Source of the DNA: Minutocellus sp. GHC0000111
Taxonomy: Eukaryota
Direction of reading: 5' to 3'
Assembly: GCA_977018835.1 (NCBI GenBank)
Contig: OZ361257.1
Coordinates: 2,604,001-2,668,000 of the forward strand
DNA: 64,000 nucleotides
The notes below the pieces were generated by a model. The model saw nothing but the letters and a program-made list of their open reading frames with translations, was not told the origin of the DNA and did not search any database. This document shows, piece by piece, positions 55,128-64,000 of this stretch; within the stretch, counting starts at the first letter, position 1; each line of letters starts with the position of its first letter. A program made the translations under genes and the position numbers.

Positions 55128-56528
55128 ATGAAGGTGTTGTTGGTGCTGTTCGCTTTGTTTTATCTTATCGAACATGGCGCCGATGCCTTCTCTATTGGTT
55201 GTAGCATCCATCGTGCAACATGTAGGAACAGTAGATGCAGTGTCATCGAACAGCAGGGGCAATCTGCCAAGAAGAAAAAGCCGATACATGTACGCCGGTC
55301 TGCAACATGCATGTTGGCACGGCCGAAAGTGACGGACGACGAATATGCCGAAAGGAAGGAGCAACTTCGCCAGCTTCTTTGCCTGGATCAAAAGGGCATC
55401 AACAAACTTGTGGGTACAAACCCGAGGGTTCTGAACCTAGACGTCGATGGAAATATTGCGCCCAAATCGGAGATGCTCCAGCGTAAGCTTAGCATCGACC
55501 AAAAGAGGGCAGGTCGCATCCTTTCGTGTCCTGGAGCGAATCGCTTGATTGCCCAAAATCAAGAGATTACTGAGGCAAAGATTGATTACCTCCAATATGA
55601 GATGGGCCTAAGTGACCAAGATGTTGCGAAGGTGCTTGTGGCCTACCCTCAACTGCTGGCACGGTCGATAAAAGATCACTACGAACCCTTGTTCAATGCA
55701 CTACCAACGAGCCTCGGATTTACGCGGAAGGAAATCGCAAAACTTGCTATCAAAAATCCACAATTTCCCTTTCGCACGTCAAAACAAATCATAGAATCAG
55801 CTGCTTATTTCCTCCCGCATGTATTTGGTCTTGACGAACAGGACAAAGAAGGGCTGAAAAAGTATATAAGGAAAAGACCACGTCTTCTTCACACCCCTGA
55901 ATCTCGCCTCAGAGGGTCCTATGAGTGGATACTCAATCTCCTTGGCGAGAGTAAATCCGTAGCGGCAAGAGTGTGTAGAAATAGGCCTCAATTTCTGACA
56001 ATGAATTCAGAACATCTTCAGAAGAAGGTGGATTGGTATCGAGATAGATTGTCACTCACAGATGAGGAGATCCGCGAGGTGGTAGCTCACTATCCAAACA
56101 TTTTATTGCAAAGCATAGAAGATGGCAAGATGGACAAAAAGCTTCGCCATATCCAGGAAATGTTTCAGATCAATAATAAAGAACTCAAAGAGTTGTTTCT
56201 GAAACGGCCAGAGTTTGTTGCGTTGTCGGCGGAAAAGAATATTGAACCGAAATTGGAATTGTATGGATCTTTGATAGGGAAAGAGAGGGCAAGAAAGCTC
56301 GTCGTGCAAACCCCATATCTACTGCTCCAAAGCTTGGGCGACCGCATCAAGCCAAGATTGGAGGAAGTTGGCAAAGCGTATGAATACGTCGAGTGGACTG
56401 AAACTCTTCTACGGCGATTGGTGCATCGAGAGCCAAAGATATGGTGTGACTACATGCTCGATGATGCTCCCAGGGGACGAGGAGAAAAGCTGGACGATAG
56501 CGGTAGATATAAACGCCGCAAAATATAG
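55128..56528 (+). CDS. mTERF-family protein with a bipartite plastid-targeting signal
   Basis: MKVLLVLFALF...ADA-F signal. Repeated helical units ending in xPxLL/NPRVL/YPNILLQS, and NIEPK, RIKPR motifs typical of mTERF repeats. Confidence 0.85.
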   Translation: MKVLLVLFALFYLIEHGADAFSIGCSIHRATCRNSRCSVIEQQGQSAKKKKPIHVRRSATCMLARPKVTDDEYAERKEQLRQLLCLDQKGINKLVGTNPRVLNLDVDGNIAPKSEMLQRKLSIDQKRAGRILSCPGANRLIAQNQEITEAKIDYLQYEMGLSDQDVAKVLVAYPQLLARSIKDHYEPLFNALPTSLGFTRKEIAKLAIKNPQFPFRTSKQIIESAAYFLPHVFGLDEQDKEGLKKYIRKRPRLLHTPESRLRGSYEWILNLLGESKSVAARVCRNRPQFLTMNSEHLQKKVDWYRDRLSLTDEEIREVVAHYPNILLQSIEDGKMDKKLRHIQEMFQINNKELKELFLKRPEFVALSAEKNIEPKLELYGSLIGKERARKLVVQTPYLLLQSLGDRIKPRLEEVGKAYEYVEWTETLLRRLVHREPKIWCDYMLDDAPRGRGEKLDDSGRYKRRKI

Positions 56529-56585
56529 AGAGCATAACAATACCAATATGTTGTACAGAGCGCTATTGATGCTTTCGCAGCCAAG

Positions 56586-59069
56586 CTAGACATCAACCTC
56601 CGTCAGTCCGAGAAGTCGGCAAACATCAGAGCACCTGTGACTTTTGAAGAATGCCTTCATACCCGTCTCACCTCGGTCGGTCCTCCCGAACGTCCATGCA
56701 GAATACTTTTCCTTATTCTTTCTTCTGTGCTTGTGAATGACGGGGTCTGTAAGCTCAAAGCACTTGGTTCCGTCGAGATTCGTGGAAAGCACACCCTGCA
56801 AATCTACGACCATGAAATGTTTCTTGCTCTTCTCATATGTGTAATGCGAAAATGCCTGGGGGAAGTGGCTGTCTTTTACATCCCTGTAGCTGCCGCTCCC
56901 AGGGGCAGTTGTTTCTACGTCGTCGAGCAAATCATCTATATCGGCTTCGTCTTTGCGAACAAAGTTTGCTACTATTTCGTCCCCGGCCTCGTCCTCCTCG
57001 TCATTACTAACATTGCCACTCTCGTCATCATATTCCCCGTCACTTTCCTCCTCCCCAATCGCTTCTAGCGCCAAGTTGTTCATTTGTCCAACCAGGTCGT
57101 CGGCGACTGAGGAGGTTTGACTCAGCTCCTGCTTTTCTCGAGCGGCCTTTTCGACGTATCCCATGTTGTTATTAAACTTTCGATAATCCCCCTGGAGTAG
57201 TTTCTCGACGAGAATATTTCGTTCCTGGTCGTCTTCCATAACTTCCACAACCATCGGCTCAATGAATCTAATCCGAGGTAGCTTTTTTATCCAACTGTGG
57301 TACCGCACGTCGAAATGATTCTTCAGATCGTCCAATGCCGCATTAAACTTCAAAGCAAAATCATTTGCGATATTCTGCGTCCGCATAAACTCTTTGTGGT
57401 ACGTCATACTCTGCTCATAGTTGTCATCATTGTCTACGAATCTTGATTCTTTGGCAACCATGGGCGTCCCAATGTAATAGCCGCGTTCGTCGATAAAATG
57501 CACCTTTCGGACAATTCTCTCGGCGCCTTCTCCAAAGATTTCATTCTTCACAGCGATGGAGAATGACGGTAGTTCTTTCCGCTGGAGTTTTCCCAACCGC
57601 ATCTTGGACAATAACGCGTCGCATTTGCTTTGCCGATTTCCTACTCGTCTGTGGTGGTCCTGAAGAATCCTAGGCCCACTGTTACAGCTGTGACAAAGAG
57701 CAAATCCTTCACACACGTGGCAAACTATGCCTTTGTTGATGTTGCTTTGATATCCGACGTGACTGTAGCAATTAGAACATCGAGGATCGACTAGCTGAAC
57801 AAAGTCAAGCCCACCACGTTGTCGCCAGGTCCAGATTCGTCTTACGAAGCAATTAGGATCGGTGCTCCGATAATGAGTCCATGTGCCGACGCTATCAGGG
57901 GTGTCGTGCTTCTCTCTTATTACATCCATTCGAACCTCCTTCGAGCTTCCGGTATTGATATTTGTCATTTCCGTTTTGCTGGTAGTAAGACTGGTAGCAA
58001 GGGATGATATGATGTGAGAAATCGAGTCAACTCCAAAGGAAGGTTTGCCAAAGGTCGCAGGTGCGCCATAGCTCTGGGCCTCGGTTACCATGTTGTTGAG
58101 AGCGGAAAAGTCCCGGTCCATATCCGCCATGGCAATGCAAGAGATCGAGAGCCGTCTTCCAAACTTGCTGGCCAGTGAGCAAATTCGTTCGAGGTAGTCT
58201 GTGTCTCGATCTGATGGCTTACCGTCCGAAAAGAATAACAACGACAGAGCACAGCCTGCATGATTATTGGCTTCAAATAATTCCTCCGCCTTTCGTATTG
58301 CCGGGCAGTAATTCCCATGCCCCGCGGGCTTGAGGTATCGCCACTCTCTCAGGTCGATCAACTTGTTGTAGAGCACCCACGTCGTTGGTTCGTAGGCGTA
58401 CATGACCTGGGCATCATCGCGCATAATGACGATGCTGATCAAATCTCGCTCGCTGCGGTCACCACGCTCCAATGGTACCTTGACATAGTCTCGAGCCAGA
58501 GCCAACCACACAGCGTCCGATCGGCAACGTGCACCATTCACGTCGTCACGTTTCATGGATCCGCTCATATCGACCACAAGTACGGAATGACTGGTATATG
58601 TTGCATTTTTCCTCGTGCTACCACTAGATCTACCAGCAGCAGTTGCGGACTTTGATGACTTTGTGGAGTGATCTGCCAGAGCTTGCTCCTTGGACATGTC
58701 ATGAAACTGTTTCTCAAACGTCTCCGACCATTCGTCCGACCACGCATACTTGTCCAGCATGACGGGCGGGGCGAATTTCGTGCCAGTGAACTCTCCCGTC
58801 TCCTCGGGACTTTCGTGCGATGTCACCTCCTGATTGGTTTCGGGGTCGTAAATGAACCGGATGCCACCGTACGTGTAACGATATCTCCCATTTTCCTGAA
58901 TTTCCATCATGCCATACCGACGGGCGCGCTGGAGAGAGATCTTCTCGATGTTGCGCTCTTGGCGACGTTGCCGGCCATGTACTCCGGAGAGGAGGGTCGA
59001 CATCTCGGTCGGGCGGATGTAATCGCCCAGACCATGGCTGGACGGTGGACGGCGGCGTGAGGAGGACAT
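56586..59069 (-). CDS. vWA-domain alpha-kinase (EF2K/MHCK-like)
   Basis: vWA MIDAS DMSGSM and FFSDG. Alpha-kinase motifs FGEGAER, VAKES, KFNNNMG, PQAFSHYTYE, VVDLQG, LTDPVIH, GRTDRG..GM..FF.SH.C...C. Confidence 0.9.
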   Translation of the reverse strand: MSSSRRRPPSSHGLGDYIRPTEMSTLLSGVHGRQRRQERNIEKISLQRARRYGMMEIQENGRYRYTYGGIRFIYDPETNQEVTSHESPEETGEFTGTKFAPPVMLDKYAWSDEWSETFEKQFHDMSKEQALADHSTKSSKSATAAGRSSGSTRKNATYTSHSVLVVDMSGSMKRDDVNGARCRSDAVWLALARDYVKVPLERGDRSERDLISIVIMRDDAQVMYAYEPTTWVLYNKLIDLREWRYLKPAGHGNYCPAIRKAEELFEANNHAGCALSLLFFSDGKPSDRDTDYLERICSLASKFGRRLSISCIAMADMDRDFSALNNMVTEAQSYGAPATFGKPSFGVDSISHIISSLATSLTTSKTEMTNINTGSSKEVRMDVIREKHDTPDSVGTWTHYRSTDPNCFVRRIWTWRQRGGLDFVQLVDPRCSNCYSHVGYQSNINKGIVCHVCEGFALCHSCNSGPRILQDHHRRVGNRQSKCDALLSKMRLGKLQRKELPSFSIAVKNEIFGEGAERIVRKVHFIDERGYYIGTPMVAKESRFVDNDDNYEQSMTYHKEFMRTQNIANDFALKFNAALDDLKNHFDVRYHSWIKKLPRIRFIEPMVVEVMEDDQERNILVEKLLQGDYRKFNNNMGYVEKAAREKQELSQTSSVADDLVGQMNNLALEAIGEEESDGEYDDESGNVSNDEEDEAGDEIVANFVRKDEADIDDLLDDVETTAPGSGSYRDVKDSHFPQAFSHYTYEKSKKHFMVVDLQGVLSTNLDGTKCFELTDPVIHKHRRKNKEKYSAWTFGRTDRGETGMKAFFKSHRCSDVCRLLGLTEVDV

Positions 59070-59250
59070 GCTAAGGTGAGCCCGGCATGGAGGAAAATGA
59101 GAAAATGAGCGGCTGTTTTTGCAGAATTGGGTGTTATTTCTGAGTCGTCACTCTTATGTGTTAAAGCCCTCGACAGTCATTTATTTTCTACCAACGGTAC
59201 CAAACCGTCACGTCGGCGGCGGCCGTCTGCCATTTTTCCGGCCAAGCGAG

Positions 59251-59808
59251 ATGTCCGCCTCCCGTACCATCATCGACGTCCCCACCATCCTGGACCCGTC
59301 CTCCGGCGGCAAAAAGAGGCGGAGGGATGAGGATTCCGAGGCCGCAGAGGATGCAACTGACGCCCGGAGCATGGCCCGGCTTATTTCCACCGTGCTGAGC
59401 GGGCCGCACCCGGCGCCGGTGGCTCCTGAGCGTCAAGCTGGTGGTGCTGACGGTAGCGGTGGTACTGGTGCTTCCGTAAGCAAAGATGCCGCAGATAAGA
59501 ACGGGGAAGAAAAGTCGGCTGCTGATAAGGCCGGTCTTGCTGATGAGAAAGAGACAAATGATGACAGTACCACAAAGCCAGACCGGAAGGCCGAACTTCG
59601 GGCCCAAATCGAGGCCGCCAAGGCCGAAAATGAGGCGATCGATGCCCGTCGGAGGGACATTTTTGGTGCCTATGCCAATCTCAGTTCGGTGTACAACTAC
59701 GGTTTGAGTCACATTGCCAAGTTGAACGATTTATCTGGCGCTCCCGACAACACTCTGCCCGGCAACCAACCCAAGGTGACGGCAGCGTCCGGCGATAAGG
59801 AGGAATGA
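59251..59808 (+). CDS. Small hypothetical protein (basic KKRRR patch, C-terminal coiled coil)
   Basis: ATG at 59251, coding-like composition, divergent from the alpha-kinase gene. Confidence 0.6.
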   Translation: MSASRTIIDVPTILDPSSGGKKRRRDEDSEAAEDATDARSMARLISTVLSGPHPAPVAPERQAGGADGSGGTGASVSKDAADKNGEEKSAADKAGLADEKETNDDSTTKPDRKAELRAQIEAAKAENEAIDARRRDIFGAYANLSSVYNYGLSHIAKLNDLSGAPDNTLPGNQPKVTAASGDKEE

Positions 59809-60095
59809 GTGAGGAAGAGGTTAGGGTAGGATGTGAGCGCTCCAATAAGTTATAGAGAAGCGCATGTCAAGAAAGATGATAGGTTGTAGATACAATGGCT
59901 ACGTTTGCTTGGGCATGCGAATCAGCTAGCGGGGCATGCTGAGCCAGCCAATGTCAATTGTATGTGTGTCGCCCCGTCGGACCCCGACAAATTTGTATCG
60001 ACTCCACCTCCAGCGCTGATCGGACTGTCCACGGCTTCAATTCAATTCGTCGATGAAACACCACAACATGCATAATTCCATAGCCCAATGAAAGC

Positions 60096-60954
60096 ATGGA
60101 TGCACCGTACAACGACATTCCGGCGATCGGAAATATCAAGGATCAGGATCAGACCACGTCGTTCCATTCCAACAACAATCAAGGCCACGCTGACATCACT
60201 CTACGGTATACCCAGCTCCTCTTCAACCCCGTTACCAACACCGTCACAGCTGCCGAGGTGGAGCAGACGCAGCGTGGGGACTTGTGGGCCGATGCATCGG
60301 CAGCAGGAGAGAACGATTGGCAGATCAATGACGAGGAAGCACCGCCGCTCGTCTCAACCCACCATTGACGAAATTATCGTCCCAAATTCCACGTCCACGT
60401 CCTCTTCGTCGTCGTATGCCTCATCATACTCGTCTCTTTCGAGCGATGAAAGTGAAGGAAGCGTCGAGGAAATGAGTGAAGCGGGGCTGCCGTGGGAAGA
60501 ATTGATACACGATCTTGCCCTGGACCTTGCCTCCAATAAGAACAACAGCAATGACGACTGGGCCTTTCAGCAGAGTGGTGATGAAGGATCAGCATGGATG
60601 AACAAGGGCGATATTATGCCCTTCGTCATGAGTGAGCTTCCACTGGCATTTGATGGCGAATGGGTCGATGAAGAGGATGAGCCTATCGGCCTCGCGCTGC
60701 TGGAAGATAATTCCATCTATTCAGGATGCGAGGTCTCTAGCACTACCGTCGCCTTCCATCACAAAAGATCCTGCGAACCCAGAACTGATATTCGGTGGAA
60801 AGAGCTTGCTCAGAAAATTGCGGACACGTTCGATCGCGACGACATGGCCCGCATTCTCCTGTTTGTTCTTAGTTCGGGCAATCCAGGTGCGTGGTGTGAG
60901 TCGCATTTTCATAGCCGGAGGGAGAAGACAGTCAAGGCTTATGAAAGTCTGTAA
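60096..60954 (+). CDS. Acidic hypothetical protein split by a probable frameshift at ~60358
   Basis: ORF MDAPYNDIP...PPLVST joins the acidic frame PTIDEIIVP...YESL* at a C run. Confidence 0.5.
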
Positions 60955-61031
60955 TACTCTAGCATTTGATAGAAATCGGAGAAAGTTAGCTACGTAGTAG
61001 CACGTGTGGTGTTTAAGCGAGCAAGAAATTT

Positions 61032-64000
61032 TTACATACTATCCAAAATCTTCACAATCCACGGAAAGTAATAGGGTATTTCGACGTCTTCGCGCTTTAC
61101 CATCAGGCGAAGACTTTGAAGGTTGTACACCCCACTAGAGGATATCTCTACTGTCAGAGGAACGACCAGTTCTTCTCCACCGCCGAGAGTCCACTTGAAG
61201 CTTTCAGCACCGATAAATTCAAAATTGGGCTGTCGATCCAGTCCGAATTCAAAGTCCACCTCAGTCTCTACGAGCCGATTGCTCACAGTAACCTCAATTT
61301 CGGTATGAAGTGGACCTGTTGCAAAGTTATGCGATACCTCGGTCTTATGGCGCGCGGTGACCATGAGAGGGCAACCTTTGCTCCTTCGTCGAGGACGCAC
61401 AGCAAGCTGTCGCAAGTGGTGCTGACCAAAGACCTTCTCATCACTGGTGGTGCTTGTGGTACTCCAGGCGCAGATGAGGCTGATCTCGGAGTTGGCCGTC
61501 TTGGGACAGAGGCTGGCAACAGATGTCGGATGGTGGGGTTCTTCAGCCGCGTCGTCGTCGTGGAGTTCTGATTCAGCCTTGTCTTTCAGTGCACTCTTTG
61601 CCCTTCGAATCTGTGAAACATGGCGAGGTTGCCCTTCATTCTCTTGTTCTGCGGCGATGCGAGCCTGTTCCTCGACATGAGCCTTGAGGGCTGCCTTGAA
61701 GCGATCGTGAGCATTCTCCAGGCAAACAAAATCGGTAAGCACATCACTTTGAGAATCGCCGCCTTCGGAGCCAAAATGGCAGCACTGGCTAAGCAGTAGC
61801 TTTCCCTGATCCGCGTCGTTCGATGCGGTTATGAGAGAATGCAAAGTCATCCTCTCCTGCCATCCTATTTCGGGGCGCTCTGGGTCCTGACCATCACCAG
61901 TACCAACGTCGAGCTGACTTGCCAATGCCTTGGCTTGACAATACCGACTGGCTATGCAGACCTTGTCGAGGCTGATGTCGAGCTGAGATTGCCGATCGCT
62001 GCGGTAGTTGGTCGTTTCGATTGAAAGAATGTGCTCGTCCTTGTTCCATGTGGAGGGCTGCAGTGAGGCAGTCATTGTGAGGGAGGGATAGACGGGGACG
62101 TTGAGCATCTTTCGTAGCCATCGGACGCGCGGGGTAGCAGGCGATGGTTGGGCCTTCTCTTCGAGGAGCTCATACCGGAAGAGCATCTTGTCGTCCTCCA
62201 CCCGAGGTCCTAATTCGAATCGGAATCTCAGTAGTGCCGCCGGGATGAATGATGTCGCCCTCGAGAGGAACGCTCATCAAAGTGCCGCTTGGTCCGATGC
62301 AAAGAGACGTAGCCTTTGCTTCGTTGGCATCACCGGCCGAAGACTCCCCTTTGGATACGATGCTGATCCAAGGAACGTTGGTCTTGAGGACGACATTGCG
62401 TGCGGATGCAGTGCCGATATTCGACACACGAAGTGTCCAGTCGCTCACCTGGCCCTGAAGAGTGGCCCCGCCGTGAGGCTCGGCAGTATCTGCAGCTTCT
62501 GATCGAACTTTTGGAATAAGATCGACAATGAGTCTCGGCATATCTCCTTCGACCTTGGACTCCAGCAGATGGGATTTGCCACGAATCCGGTTCGCACGGT
62601 TGTGCCTTGTATCTTGGAGAAGAGGGCCTTCAATGTAGAAGCGATGGTATACCCAGATCTCTCCGAATAGCTTGCATCGAACTCCTACTATTTCGAGGTC
62701 ACCTTGTACGAGGGGGCAGATTCCAAGCTCGAGCGATGTGGATGTACCAGGTTCCATCGCTAGGTCTGTCTTGGTAACAACAAAGAATGGCCCTCCTTGT
62801 GCAAGGTGAGCAGGATGCCAGGACCACTGCTCCTCTGGAGACGACACTCGCGCAAATTCTGGGATGGAGTAGGTGGAATCAGATCCTCCAAATTTCCAGG
62901 ATTTGTTCTTGGCTCCGGTCGGCGCATCGTCGGAGCTATCGATCTCAACAGCACCTTCGTTGGTGCAAGAACGAGACGTTTCGCCACAAGTCATACGCGC
63001 CACAAGTTGCACATCGGTCGCACGGATGGGCACACAAAGAGGATTGGTAAGGTCGAACGTCACCAGGAGAGGCTCCATCTTTGCTCTCTTTTCGGGTGCA
63101 CCTACATTGCCTCCCTTTCGTTTTGTGCGGGCAGCGAATGCAAGCTCGGTCTTTTCTTTGTCGATCTCGGTAATAACACGCTCGATTTGGTCGGTGGCAG
63201 AGAATACAGAATCAGATTTGGCAATGATGTCGGAGGCCCTCAGTTCGGCAGCCACTGAGCACATCATGTCTTGCCACTCGGTCTCCGACCCAGCAGACGC
63301 TGTACCGAGGCTTCCACCAGCGGCAGTATCTTGGCCATTGCTAACGATGGAGTCCATTCTCTCGACGACGGCGGCCGATGTCGGTGAGCCTTCCGCTCCA
63401 TCAACGCCAATGGTGACAGTGGAGTCATCGATTCGAGGTAAATCCATTGCGGGAATCTCTAGAACTTTTTCGGCACCAGGTGTCGAAACCAGAACCTCGC
63501 TGCAAGGGTCGACCGCCTTTCCGGGTGCATCAGTGAGACGTCGCATTCCTTCCGCTCCCTCCATGGCCTTATCGCTGAAGTCACGGCAGATAGCAGACAG
63601 ATGGTTGAGGAACTTTTGCTGACTTCGCACGCTGACGCGTCCCCCTCCTGTTGTTCCAACCAAGCCCGCATACAATCGTAAACTTGTGCTCATGCGGCCC
63701 ATGCCGTAGAGCTGAGCCGCCAGAGCACTTCTGAGATGATTGTAGAGTTCGTCCCATTTGCCTGATCGGTAGACATACAAGGAACTGGCGAAGCATCGAA
63801 AGGCATGCGACTCCTGCCCGGCAGATCGAAACATGTGCCCAGCCATAAGCATGTGAAAGGCATATTTCCTGGCCGCGGTAGCTTTGTAGTAATGTGAAGC
63901 ACTTTGCTCGAGAAGAACTGCGGCTCCGAGAGCAGTCTCGTGAGAAGAGGCCGATGCGAGTAGATCGGCAATCTCCATTGGACGGTCGACGCAAAGCTCA
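61032..64000 (-). CDS. TRAPPC8: TRAPPC8/Trs85 (TRAPPIII subunit), C-terminal part; frameshift at ~62185
   Basis: AAVLLEQSA...RKYAFHMLMAGHMFRSAGQ..HAFRCF...W..LYNHL signature, followed by Ig-like NPL.VPI, GDLEIVGV, VSNIGT and GVYNL segments. The gene enters from beyond the window end. Confidence 0.85.

Noticed and set aside
55026..55391. Apparent overlap of the cytochrome b5 reductase ORF extension with the mTERF gene
   Set aside because: The extension is an open antisense frame; plausible ATGs give non-overlapping divergent genes.
6048..64000. Functional clustering of VPS50 and TRAPPC8 (both trafficking tethers)
   Set aside because: They are 50 kb apart with unrelated genes between, so co-occurrence is likely chance.

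Overview
Gene-dense eukaryotic DNA, almost certainly a diatom or other stramenopile. This is inferred from short GT-AG introns, bipartite plastid-targeting signals with an (A)xA-F motif, and diatom-type domain families. About 25 protein-coding genes are supported. They include VPS50/syndetin, TRAPPC8 (partial), an ABHD13-like hydrolase, a TMEM144-like transporter, an aromatic amino-acid permease, an aldo/keto reductase, a plastid SohB-like S49 peptidase, a twin-CX9C protein, an AA15-like LPMO with a hevein (CBM18) domain, a beta-propeller membrane protein, a trypsin-like protease, two BACK-domain genes, a cytochrome b5 reductase, a plastid mTERF and a vWA/alpha-kinase. There are also two CRAL-TRIO-like paralogs and two related tail-anchored disordered proteins. 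A DD39D mariner transposon with TIRs and flanking TA lies at 21520-24972. The most striking signal is an apparent repeat-restricted TpA->TpG/CpA hypermutation, the opposite direction to fungal RIP. It is seen directly between two copies of a direct repeat (45730/48086) and inferred from apparent Tyr->Cys/His conversion in the transposase. Several small frameshifts in otherwise intact genes probably reflect assembly errors. No rRNA, tRNA or CRISPR array was recognised.
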